A DNA stretch of 64,000 nucleotides from Elusimicrobiota bacterium (lineage in GTDB: Bacteria > Elusimicrobiota > Endomicrobiia > Endomicrobiales > JBDRNC01), in NCBI GenBank assembly GCA_043811535.1, contig JBDRNC010000021.1:32001-96000 (forward strand), given 5' to 3'. The position numbers and the translations under genes are program-made. This document shows positions 36,592 to 46,600 of this stretch, one piece after another. The first letter of the stretch is position 1; the number at the start of each line of letters is the position of its first letter. The notes below the pieces were generated by a model. That model ran no database searches, was not told the DNA's origin, and was given only the letters and a program-made list of their open reading frames with translations.

Positions 36592-38016
36592 ATGATAAAA
36601 TTCGGGACGTCGGGATGGAGAGGCATAATAGCCGATGATTTCACGTCGGCTAACGTAAGGCTTGTCACGCAGGCGATCGTGGAGTATATAAGGAAGGAAA
36701 AGAACGATTCAAACCCGGCGGTCGTCATCGGGTATGACACGCGGTTCCTTTCGGAAAGGTTCGCCGCGGAATCGGCCAAGGTGCTCGCGGGCAACGGTAT
36801 AAAGGCGCTTCTTTGCGGGCGCGACACGCCGACGCCGGTAATTTCTTTTGAGATAATGCGCAGGAAGCTTTCCGGAGGCATAAATTTCACCGCCAGCCAT
36901 AACCCGCCGCAGTACAACGGCCTGAAATTCAATCCTTCATGGGGCGGCCCGGCGCTGCCTGAGACCACGGAAATGATAGAAGGGGAATGCGCGGCCATCA
37001 ATCCCGCAAATATCAAGTCAATGAAACTCGCGGAGGCGAAGAACCGCGGCCTGCTTGAGGAAATTGACCCGAGAAAACCTTACTTCAGGCGCATAAAAGA
37101 GCTCGTGAATTTCAAGGCGATAAAAAAGGGCAACCTGAAGGTTGCCACGGATGTTCTCTACGGTACCGGCAAGGGTTATCTGGACGAGCTCTTGGACCAG
37201 GCGGGAGTGCGCCAGATTGTCACTCACGACTGGCGCGATGTGATGTTCGGCGGAAAATCCCCTGAACCTAACAGCGAGAACCTCAAAACCCTCTACGATA
37301 TAATGAAGAAGGAATCGTGCAGGCTCGGGCTTGCGACTGACGGCGATGCGGACAGGTTCGGCATACTGGACTCTGACGGCAGTTTCATTAACGCGAACGC
37401 GACCATCGCGGTGCTTCTCTACCACCTTATAAAGTCAAGGCAGTGGAAAGGCTCGGTAGCAAGGTCGGTGATGACGACCCACCTTATAGACCGCGTCGCT
37501 GAAAAATTCGGCGTTGAAGTTAAGGAAACCCCCGTCGGATTCAAGTTTATAGGAGAGGTGCTTATCAAGGAAGGAGACAGATTCATCATAGGCGGGGAAG
37601 AATCCGGGGGCCTTTCTATAAGAGGGCATGTCCCGGAGAAAGACGGAGTGCTTGCGTGCCTGCTAGTCGCGGAAATGGTCGCGGAACACAGAAAATCAAT
37701 AAAGAAGATACTGGAAGAAATAACAAAACTCGTCGGGCCGGTGTATTCCGACAGGATTAACTTCCACCTGACGCAGGAAGAGATGGATGATTTCAAGAAC
37801 CGGCTGAAATCCGGGAGTCACAAGGAGTTCGGCGGGATGAAAATCTCAAAGACAATAACGCTTGACGGATATAAGTTCGTTCTGGCCGACGGTTCGTGGC
37901 TCGGGGTAAGGCTTTCCGGCACCGAACCGGTCGTGCGCCTGTACCTGGAATCGGATTCTCCGGCAAAGATGAAAAAACTGGCTGCCGCGGGGAAAAAGTT
38001 CATAGTAAACAAATAG
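36592..38016 (+). CDS. Phosphoglucomutase/phosphomannomutase
   Basis: FGTSGWRG, TASHNP, DGDADR, GEESGG, SGTEP. Confidence 0.95.
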   Translation: MIKFGTSGWRGIIADDFTSANVRLVTQAIVEYIRKEKNDSNPAVVIGYDTRFLSERFAAESAKVLAGNGIKALLCGRDTPTPVISFEIMRRKLSGGINFTASHNPPQYNGLKFNPSWGGPALPETTEMIEGECAAINPANIKSMKLAEAKNRGLLEEIDPRKPYFRRIKELVNFKAIKKGNLKVATDVLYGTGKGYLDELLDQAGVRQIVTHDWRDVMFGGKSPEPNSENLKTLYDIMKKESCRLGLATDGDADRFGILDSDGSFINANATIAVLLYHLIKSRQWKGSVARSVMTTHLIDRVAEKFGVEVKETPVGFKFIGEVLIKEGDRFIIGGEESGGLSIRGHVPEKDGVLACLLVAEMVAEHRKSIKKILEEITKLVGPVYSDRINFHLTQEEMDDFKNRLKSGSHKEFGGMKISKTITLDGYKFVLADGSWLGVRLSGTEPVVRLYLESDSPAKMKKLAAAGKKFIVNK

Positions 38017-38018
38017 AA

Positions 38019-38081
38019 CAGTTCCAATGTTCAAACATTCCAGAGTTCCATAAGTTGTTTGGAACATTGAAACATTGGAAC
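38019..38081. repeat. Inverted 8-mer element, GTTCCAA/TTGGAACA family
   Basis: agttccaa-tgttcaaa-cattccag-agttcca; ttggaaca-ttgaaaca-ttggaac. Confidence 0.85.
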
Positions 38082-38106
38082 GAAGTTAGAACAATTTGTT
38101 AAAAAA

Positions 38107-39648
38107 ATGGATACGACTTCAAAAAAATTCCTTTATCTTCTTGAAGCGAACAGGATACTATCCTCGACGCTAAACCTGCCGGACCTTCTGCGGCAGGTCA
38201 TGGAACTGGCCATGAAGGTTGTTGAAGCCGAAAGCTCATCGCTTTTAATGTATGACGAGAAAACCAGCGAGCTTTATTTTGACCTCGCGCTCACCGAAAA
38301 AGAATCGCAGTTAAAATCAATAAGGATAAAATCAGGCGAAGGCATAGCCGGCTGGGTGGCCGCAAACAAGAGGAGCCGCATAGTCAATAACGTGGATTCC
38401 GATTCCCAGTGGATGAGCCGGGCCGACGAACATACGAAATTCAAAACGCGCTCTTTGATAGCCGTGCCGCTTATATTCAAGGGCAAACTGCTGGGAGTGG
38501 TGGAAGCGGTCAACAGGAAATCGGGAGAATTCGGCGCGGAAGACTACCAGACCCTGGAGGCCTTCGCGGCGCAAGCGGCGGTGGCGATAGAGAACGCGCG
38601 CCTTTTCATAAATCTGCACGAAGAAAAGGAAAAGATCGAGGCGGTATTCTCGCAGATGTCCGACGGGGCCATTTTCGTGGACGCCGCCGGCGTGAAAATC
38701 CTTGCGAACGCTGCCGCGAAAAAACTTGTCGGCGAAGAAAACATATCCAAAGACACTGTTTCAAAGATTTTCGGGGAATTTTCTTCGCAGCCGCCCCTGG
38801 ATGAAATAATATCCGGATCGGAAAAGTCGCGCCCGTTTGAGATGTCGCGCGTTGAAGGCAAAACATTCTTTATTTCGGGGAACGCCAACAGGATATTGAA
38901 TTCTTCGGGAGAAATAATAGGCCTGATATTCGTCTTCAGGAACGTCACGGAAGAGAAGAAAGAGTCCATGCTCAAGAAGAATTTCTTTTCGCTCATGAGC
39001 CATAAGTTGAAAACGCCGCTCGTGACGATCGCGGGTTACGGCCCGCTGCTGCTGGAAACCCCGCTTAACGACATGCAGAAAAAGGCGATAACCGCGATAC
39101 ACAAGCAGGGTGCGTATCTCGCGGGACTGGTGGATAAACTGCTTTACTCGACGATAGCGGAAACCGGGAATCTTACCATAAACAAAGGACCGCAAACGCT
39201 GGCAGAATTGACGGATAAGGCGGTCGCGGCGCTGAAACAATACCTTGAGCAGAAATCCGCCGAAATTATCATAAGCGGAAAAATCAAATCGCTTCCCGTT
39301 ATAATGATGGACGGCGAAACAATAGAAGTCACAATAAGGAGCCTGATAGAGAACGCAGTTAAGTTCAACAAGGGCGCGAAACCCAGGGTTGAAATAGAGC
39401 CAAAAATCGAAAAAGGATTTGCGGGGCTGGCAATATCAGACAACGGCCCGGGCATCCCGCCCGAAGAACGCGAAAAAGTATTCCAGAAATTCTACCAGAT
39501 AGAAGAATCCTTCACCGGGCAGGTTGAAGGCGCCGGCCTGGGGCTGTCGCTTGTAAAGCAGGTCGTAGAGGCGCACGGCGGGCGGGTCGGGCTGGAGAGC
39601 GCCAAGGGCAAGGGCTCGAAATTCTATTTTCTATTGCCGGTATCATAA
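38107..39648 (+). CDS. Cytoplasmic GAF-PAS sensor histidine kinase
   Basis: GEGIAGWV GAF, SHKLKTPL H-box, NAVKF, DNGPGI, GAGLGL. Confidence 0.92.
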   Translation: MDTTSKKFLYLLEANRILSSTLNLPDLLRQVMELAMKVVEAESSSLLMYDEKTSELYFDLALTEKESQLKSIRIKSGEGIAGWVAANKRSRIVNNVDSDSQWMSRADEHTKFKTRSLIAVPLIFKGKLLGVVEAVNRKSGEFGAEDYQTLEAFAAQAAVAIENARLFINLHEEKEKIEAVFSQMSDGAIFVDAAGVKILANAAAKKLVGEENISKDTVSKIFGEFSSQPPLDEIISGSEKSRPFEMSRVEGKTFFISGNANRILNSSGEIIGLIFVFRNVTEEKKESMLKKNFFSLMSHKLKTPLVTIAGYGPLLLETPLNDMQKKAITAIHKQGAYLAGLVDKLLYSTIAETGNLTINKGPQTLAELTDKAVAALKQYLEQKSAEIIISGKIKSLPVIMMDGETIEVTIRSLIENAVKFNKGAKPRVEIEPKIEKGFAGLAISDNGPGIPPEEREKVFQKFYQIEESFTGQVEGAGLGLSLVKQVVEAHGGRVGLESAKGKGSKFYFLLPVS

Positions 39649-39651
39649 GGA

Positions 39652-39709
39652 CGGTTTAACTGTTTCAACGTTTAATCGTTTAAACAATTAAACTGTTTGA
39701 ACAATTTGA
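39652..39709. repeat. Inverted 8-mer element, GTTTMAAC family
   Basis: gtttaact-gtttcaac-gtttaatc-gtttaaac; ttaaac, ttgaac. Confidence 0.7.
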
Positions 39710-39756
39710 TAAAAGTGGATGTCGAATTTAAGAACGTCAAATTATAGAGGTTCTCC

Positions 39757-40434
39757 ATGAACAACTCAGTTTATCTGAAAAAGGTCCCGCTGTTCTCGGA
39801 TGTGAAGGAATCAGACCTGAAGCGCCTGCAGAAAATCGGAAAGGTACAGAAGTACAGAAAAACTGAGAACATATTCACCGAATCGGCTTCAGGCGACTGC
39901 TTCTACGTCGTCCTTTCCGGAAGGGTGAAGATCTTCGCTCAGTCCGGGGAGAAGAAAAAAACGCTCGCCTATCTTGAAAAAGGCGAGCATTTCGGCGAAA
40001 TGGCGCTTCTTGACCTTGAACCGCGTTCCGCGTCAAGCCAGGCGCTGGACGACTGCGAACTGCTCGTGATAAAGAAAAGCGATTTCCGCAGGCTTCTCGC
40101 GCAGGACCCGGGGATATCGTTTCAGATAATGAGGACGCTTTCGCACAGGCTGAGGCTGGCGAACAAGGAAATAGAATCTTTGACTTTTGAGAATGTGCTT
40201 GGGCGCGTCGCGAGCGCGCTTCTTGACCTGTGCAGCAAATACGGCGAAAGCGTCGCGCAGGGCACGCGAATTAAAATGCCGCTCAGCCACCAGGATATAG
40301 CCGAACTGGCGGGCACAGGCAGAGAGGTTGTGTCAAGGACGATTAACCGTTTTCGCCGGCTTAACTGTATCAATTACGACAACCATCACCTGATAATAAC
40401 AAACGCGAAGAAGCTGAGGGAATTCATATATTAA
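39757..40434 (+). CDS. Crp/Fnr family transcriptional regulator
   Basis: FGEMALLD..PRSAS cNMP pocket; SHQDIAELAGTGREVVSR HTH. Confidence 0.93.
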   Translation: MNNSVYLKKVPLFSDVKESDLKRLQKIGKVQKYRKTENIFTESASGDCFYVVLSGRVKIFAQSGEKKKTLAYLEKGEHFGEMALLDLEPRSASSQALDDCELLVIKKSDFRRLLAQDPGISFQIMRTLSHRLRLANKEIESLTFENVLGRVASALLDLCSKYGESVAQGTRIKMPLSHQDIAELAGTGREVVSRTINRFRRLNCINYDNHHLIITNAKKLREFIY

Positions 40435-40438
40435 ATAC

Positions 40439-40510
40439 GATTTCACAGATTAACAATAGATTACACCGATTACATAATCTGTGTAATCTTCGTTATAAAT
40501 CTGTGTAATC
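40439..40510. repeat. Inverted ~9-mer element, GATTACACA/TGTGTAATC family
   Basis: gatttcacagattaacaatagattacaccgattac; aatctgtgtaatc twice. Confidence 0.85.
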
Positions 40511-40525
40511 AAAAAGGATGTTGAA

Positions 40526-41785
40526 ATGTTATATAAGGCGCCGAGAGGGACGCACGACTTATGGGGAAAGCAGGCGCGGAAACTGCGCCGGCTTGAAGAT
40601 ATATGCAGGGGCGTATTCCGAAGGTATAACTATTCCGAGATAATCGTGCCGACATTCGAGGACGCCGGGCTTTTTACCCGATCGATAGGCGAGACGACCG
40701 ACATAATTGAAAAAGAAATGTATGTATTTGAGGACCGCAAGGGAAGAAAGCTCGCGTTGAGGCCCGAAGGGACGGCTTCAATAGTCAGGGCGTACGTGGA
40801 GAACAACCTCGGGCAGGACGCGGGGGTTTCAAAATATTTCCAGATGGGGTCAATGTTTAGGTACGACCGCCCGCAGGCCGGGAGATACCGCGAATTCTAT
40901 CAGGTGGGCGCGGAGTACTACGGCAATCCGGCTCCGTCGGCCGACGCGGAGATGATACTGCTCGCGCGCGATATACTGCGCGGTGCGGGAATAAAAGACG
41001 CGGTGATACTTTTAAACACGCTGGGCTGCAGGGAATGCAGGCCGGCCTACAAGAAAGCGCTGCTTGATTACTTGAAACCCGGCAGCGAACGCACGAAAGA
41101 TTTGTGCGAAGACTGCGCAAAGCGCATGGAAAAAAATCCCCTGCGCGTGCTGGACTGTAAAACAGACGGAATCAAATTCGACAAAGCGCCGAAGATGGAA
41201 AACTTCCTGTGCCCGGAGTGCAAAGCCCATTTTGAACAGGTGCAGGCGCTGCTGCGGGAAACCGGGTGCGAGTACACGCTTGACCACAAACTTGTGCGCG
41301 GGCTGGATTATTACACGCGGACAATATTTGAATTCCGCTCCAACGCTTTGGGCTCGCAGGACGCGCTCGGTGGCGGCGGAAGATACGATAACCTTATAAA
41401 GGAACTCGGCGGGGCGGAAACGCCCGCAGTCGGATTCGCGATGGGTGTTGAGCGCGTAATAATCGCCGCGGACGCGGCAAGCCCGGAATTCGGTGCGGAA
41501 AAATCAAATATTATTTTTGTCGCTGTTGCCTCTGAAGCTTTGAACGCTCAGGCATTCAAGCTTGCGGAGAGCTTGAGGAATTGTGGAAAGGATTTTTCAG
41601 TTGAGGGCCCGCTGGCGGGAAAAAGCCTGAAGAGCCAGTTCCGCACGGCGGACAAGATAGGCGCGGAAAAGGTCGTTGTTTTTGGGGAAGATGAATTCAA
41701 ACGTGGCTGCGTCACCGTGAGGGACATGAAAACGCAGAGCCAAAATGAAGTTAAAATAAATGACTTAATAAAACAGTTTCAATAG
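40526..41785 (+). CDS. hisS: Histidine--tRNA ligase
   Basis: KEMY, LRPEGTA, RYDRPQAGRYREF, VRGLDYY, GGGRYD, GFAMGVER. Confidence 0.97.
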   Translation: MLYKAPRGTHDLWGKQARKLRRLEDICRGVFRRYNYSEIIVPTFEDAGLFTRSIGETTDIIEKEMYVFEDRKGRKLALRPEGTASIVRAYVENNLGQDAGVSKYFQMGSMFRYDRPQAGRYREFYQVGAEYYGNPAPSADAEMILLARDILRGAGIKDAVILLNTLGCRECRPAYKKALLDYLKPGSERTKDLCEDCAKRMEKNPLRVLDCKTDGIKFDKAPKMENFLCPECKAHFEQVQALLRETGCEYTLDHKLVRGLDYYTRTIFEFRSNALGSQDALGGGGRYDNLIKELGGAETPAVGFAMGVERVIIAADAASPEFGAEKSNIIFVAVASEALNAQAFKLAESLRNCGKDFSVEGPLAGKSLKSQFRTADKIGAEKVVVFGEDEFKRGCVTVRDMKTQSQNEVKINDLIKQFQ

Positions 41786-41844
41786 TTTCAGCAGCTGCAG
41801 TTGTTTCAGCCGTTTAACCATTGAAACGATTGGAACACTGGAAC
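41774..41844. repeat. Inverted ~9-mer element, GTTTCAN/TGAAAC family, overlapping the hisS stop
   Basis: agtttcaat-agtttcagc-agctgcagt-tgtttcagc; ttgaaacga-ttggaacac-tggaac. Confidence 0.75.
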
Positions 41845-41854
41845 GGTGCTATTT

Positions 41855-42298
41855 ATGAACAAAGATGAAGCGAAATGGCTGCTTGAATCGCTGAGAAAGA
41901 TACAATTCTTTTCGGTATTCACGCTGGACAACATAGATTCCATCCTTAAACACTTCCAAAAGATCACCTACCCCAAAGGCAAAAACATAATCAACGAAGG
42001 CGAGCCCGGCGAGGCTTTTTTCATCATACACAGCGGGAAGGTCAGGGTGCTCAGGAAAAAAGCGCTGTTTCTCAGGCAGCAGCTGGCCGTGCTCGGGCCG
42101 GGAGATTTTTTCGGCGAGATGTCGCTGGTGTCGGATCGGCCGGCCACCGCCACGATAGCGCCTTCGGAAACAGCGGAATTATACGTTCTGCTCAAAACGG
42201 ATTTTAACATTGTCTTGAAAGCGAATCCTAAAATGTCGGAACAATTGCACAGGATAGCCGAGGAAAGAAAGCTTGACGCCGCGATAAAGTCTATTTAA
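41855..42298 (+). CDS. Stand-alone cyclic-nucleotide-binding domain protein
   Basis: EGEPGEAFFII.SG.V, GDFFGEMSL; start ATG 41855 or GTG 41846. Confidence 0.88.
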   Translation: MNKDEAKWLLESLRKIQFFSVFTLDNIDSILKHFQKITYPKGKNIINEGEPGEAFFIIHSGKVRVLRKKALFLRQQLAVLGPGDFFGEMSLVSDRPATATIAPSETAELYVLLKTDFNIVLKANPKMSEQLHRIAEERKLDAAIKSI

Positions 42299-42311
42299 CC
42301 GGGCTTGTCTA

Positions 42312-42470
42312 AAGTCACAGCGGCGGATAGAAGTCACATAAATCCCTACCTATTTAATAAGCCTCCGTCGGGATAATCTTGGGGGGAATACCGTACATTT
42401 AAATCCGGATATAAGTCACAGTGCCTGTGACAAAAAACACATTGACAATACTGAGGTTTTCTATTATACT
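42312..42470 (+). promoter_or_regulatory. Operator-like repeats plus sigma70 promoter of the PorV-like/giant-protein operon
   Basis: AAGTCACA at 42312, 42331, 42413; palindrome GTCACA-N5-TGTGAC (42415-42431); TTGACA (42442)-17 bp-TATACT (42465). Confidence 0.7.
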
Positions 42471-42532
42471 CGTAATGCAGTCAGTTTAAGTGCATTTCAT
42501 ACATAAAATCCAGTCAAAAAGGGGTCCCGCCG

Positions 42533-43600
42533 GTGTTCAAGGCAAGGGAAAGAAGCATCATCAGAACCTTCTGGAATTTTTTTACCGCACTTATTTTAAC
42601 TTCATCCATTACGATTGCTTCCGCCAGCGCCGCGGGGACGACTTCGGCTAATTTCCTCAAAATAGCCCCCGGAGCAAGGCCGGCAGCATTCGGCGAAGCA
42701 TATACCTCAATAGCCAACGACGCATCCGCGGTCTACTGGAACTCGGCCGGGCTGGCAAACCTGAAGCAGAAAGAGTTCATACTCTCGCATAACGTCTGGT
42801 TCCAGGACATACAGCACTCCTTCGTGGCCTTCGCGGTCCCTTTTACATCCTCTCTCAGCAGATACCCGTCAAATAAATGCATTGGAATATCAGCTACTTA
42901 TTTAAACGCCGGCGATATGGAAAGGCGCGACGCGACTGGCTCGCTCAGCGGTGATTCCTTTACGGCCAGCGACCTCTCTATTTCATGCGCATACGGCAGG
43001 AACCTGAAACAGGCGATAGGGTATCCTCTTTCGGCCGGTATAGCGATTAAATTCATCAAGCAAAGCATAGCGGAATACTCTGCAAATTCAGTGGCTTTTG
43101 ATGCCGGACTGATGTATCCTTTCAAAGCAGTCGGCATGCCGTTCAACTTCGGCCTGGCAGTCCTTAACGTAGGAACCCCCATAACATTCATACGCGAATC
43201 ATACCCCCTGCCCCTTACCTATAAAGCAGGGATTTCTTTTGCCCCGCTGGCAAAGTCGCTGGCGCTTCCGATGCTTGTCTCATTTGACGCTTCTTTCCCT
43301 AACGACGGCGACATGAGCTGGAGAATAGGCACTGAATTTTCAGCAGGTTCCGTGCTTCAGCTCAGAGCCGGATACATGAACCAGGACACGCTTACTAGAA
43401 GCGCCTTGACCGGCGGAAAGATCGGCCTTACGGACAACTCGGCGGTCACGCGGCTCACCGGCCTCATGGCGGGTTTCGGCATCAACATCCCGATGAACCG
43501 TTTCTCCGGACCGGGCAGTATGCTGAACCTTGATTACGCGTTCGTTCCATATGGCGAACTTGGAAATACTCATAGAATCAGCATGGGAGTAAAGTGGTAA
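42533..43600 (+). CDS. PorV/PorQ-like (FadL-related) outer-membrane beta-barrel
   Basis: FLKIAPGARPAAFGEA...ANDASAVYWNSAGL plug signature; LDYAFVPYGELGNTHRISMGVKW C-terminus. Confidence 0.8.
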   Translation: MFKARERSIIRTFWNFFTALILTSSITIASASAAGTTSANFLKIAPGARPAAFGEAYTSIANDASAVYWNSAGLANLKQKEFILSHNVWFQDIQHSFVAFAVPFTSSLSRYPSNKCIGISATYLNAGDMERRDATGSLSGDSFTASDLSISCAYGRNLKQAIGYPLSAGIAIKFIKQSIAEYSANSVAFDAGLMYPFKAVGMPFNFGLAVLNVGTPITFIRESYPLPLTYKAGISFAPLAKSLALPMLVSFDASFPNDGDMSWRIGTEFSAGSVLQLRAGYMNQDTLTRSALTGGKIGLTDNSAVTRLTGLMAGFGINIPMNRFSGPGSMLNLDYAFVPYGELGNTHRISMGVKW

Positions 43601-43603
43601 ATT

Positions 43604-46600
43604 ATGAGTAGATACAAAATAATTATCTGCGCACTATTAATTTCCGGTCTTTACGGCTTGAATCTTTCACCAGTTCATGCCGATTTTCAACCGGTTTGGA
43701 CGAGTACATATATACCTACCGGTACGGGTACACTTGGAGCTGCAGGGTGGGGTGTTGCCGTAAGCTCGAATACAGGCGACATTTTTATGGTAGGTTACTC
43801 AAGCCAAAATGTCATGGGAAACAGTTGGTTGCTTAGAAAATACAGCAAGGACGGAACACTCCTTGCAACAACCGATTATATGTTTGTTACTAATACTACA
43901 GGTGTTGACATTGCACAAAAAGTTGTTATAAGCGGGAACAATATCTATGTTGCCGGCGTTTACACAGGTGACGGAATGGATATAGCGCTTTGTAAATTTG
44001 ATTTTTCGTTAAATATCATTGCAACAACAACGATATCAACTGCTAGCGATGAAGGACAATACGGACTTTCCCTTGCTGGAGATAATGCAGGCAATATTTA
44101 TTTAGCCGCGGAGATATTAAACGATATAGGAGGGGGGGATTCGTTTGGGGCACGCGGGACGGTGAGAAAATATGATGCTAACCTGAACTGTATATGGGTG
44201 GATACGTGGTCAGCTATAGGTGATTCTTCAAACGCGAAAGGTATAGCCGCAAACTCAAGTGAAGTCTATGCGTGCGGGCAAGACTGGCAGGGTTCTCCGT
44301 GGTATGATGGAGTACTTCATAAATACGATAATTCCGGGTCATTGTTATGGGTTTCAACCTTCGGCGTTAATGGAGCAGAGGACGAGTTTCAAGATGTTAT
44401 TATTGATTCGTATGGCGACGTTTATGTCACCGGTTTTACGGAACAATTTGGCACAAAAGATGTCGTTTTGAGAAAATATAATGCATCCGGCACTCTCTTG
44501 TGGGGAACAACTTATAATAGTCCTGCAAATTTATCTGATCAGGGTACTGGAATAGCATTAGATAATAATGGAAATATTGTGGTTGTAGGCGCTTCGAACC
44601 GTTCCGATATAGGCCAGGACATAAATATATTGTTGATGCATTACACGACCGGCGGTCTTTTGTTAAATGTAACGGACTATGATTATTCAGGTTCCAATTA
44701 CGATCATTCATATGATGTGGCTTTTTCAAGCGACGGCTATTTATATGTGGCTGCTTTTGTAGGTTATGATGGGGCATCTTCAAGGATGTGGCTCAGAAAA
44801 TATTCGATTATTGGAAATTCTCCTCCGCCCGGGAAAGTGACAGGATTGACCGCCGTAAGGTCTTCGCAGGTGTATCTAACCTGGACCTCTCCCGGAGAGG
44901 ACGGTTACACCGGAAATATATCGAACGGAATGTGGCGGATAGCATGCACTTCCGATGTGGCAAAGAACGCTGACACGGCGGAGTATTATGTGGCCTGGTC
45001 TACGAACGCCAATCAGGGCACGGTTCACTCCCGCACCGTTACCGGGCTTGTTCCGCGGGTTACGTATTATTTCTGGATACAGGCGATGGATGACAGCAAT
45101 AACTGGTCGGTATGGTCGGATTCGGCGGCAATGGTCTCGGGAAGCTACGTTTTCTATCAGTCGCCCGGTGGCGCCGACGGCTGGGGTCCCGGGGATTACG
45201 GCGGCATAGCATGGGGCGACTTTGACAATGACAATGACCTGGATATCGCGGTCAACGGGCACGACGGCTCCAACAACAGATTCAGGATTTTCAGGAACGA
45301 CAGCGGCAACTTCAATCTTCACGCGGATCCAGCGGGAACGCCGGCGCCGGCCATGGGCGACGTCGCGTGGGCGGATTTCGATAACGACGGCGACCTGGAC
45401 ATAGCGGTGTGCGGCAATGACGGCGCTTCAAACAGGTTCCGCGTATACAGGAATGACAGCGGTACGTTCAATTTGATGCAGGAACCCGCCGGGGTAACCG
45501 GGCCGGGCGGCTGGGGTAATCTGGCAACCGGCGACTTTGACAATGACGGATATATAGATATCGCCGTAATCGGGCAGGATGGCGCAGCCAACAGGTTCCG
45601 CGTATACAGGAATGAGAAGAGCTCTTTCACGCTGTATGCAGAGCCCGCCGGAGCGGTCGGCCCTTCGGACGGAGGCGTTGCATTCGGCGACTATGACAAC
45701 GACGGCGACCTGGACCTTGTTGTCACGGGTTCGGGCGGATTCGAGGTATATAAAAATAATAACGGCTCGTTCGTAGTCGGGCAGGATCTCGGAGGATTAA
45801 CCGGCGGAGACGCGGCGTGGGGCGATTTTGACAACGACGGCGACCTGGACCTTGCCGTGTGCGGAAATGACGGGAACAGAAGGTTCAGTATATATAGGTA
45901 TGACGGCGGTTTATTCTATCTCCATGCAGATCCCGCGGGCCCCACAACTGGGCCCGTCGGAAGCGTTGCGTGGGCGGATTATGACAATGACGGCGACCTG
46001 GACGTCGCCGTGAACGGGTTCGACGGAACGGCGCAGAGGTTCAGGATATACAGGAACGACTCGGGCGCTTTCAATCTTGCAGATGAACCGATGGGGCCGG
46101 TAGGGCCGGGTTACGGGGCGATCGCGTTCGCGGATTTTGACGGCGACGGAGATTTGGACGTGGCTGTAAACGGACAGATTGCGGCGAACCTGCGCAGGTT
46201 CATAATATACAAGTCGCTTGAAACTGAAAACAGCAATGTCAATAATCCTCCGGTTGAGCCTCCCGCGGCAAGCATGTCCGCGGGTTATAATGCGGGCAGG
46301 ATTGAGTTTACGTGGAGTTACGGATCGGACACGGAAACGACCGAAAGCAAAGGGCTGTATTATTCGGTCCGGATAGCGACATCGCAGATAATCGAAGGCC
46401 TCGACAAATGGATTGTTTCGCCTTCCACCGGAGCGGGCGCGTCGCCTTTCCTCGGAGACTATCCTCACGGATTTATCGTGGCCAACTCCACGCAGCCCGG
46501 ACTTATCCTTAAGCCCCCGGTTGACGACGCCACGTATTACTGGCAGGTAAGAACGGTTGATACGGGCCTTAAGTCAAGCGTGTGGTCGGCGACCTCAAGC

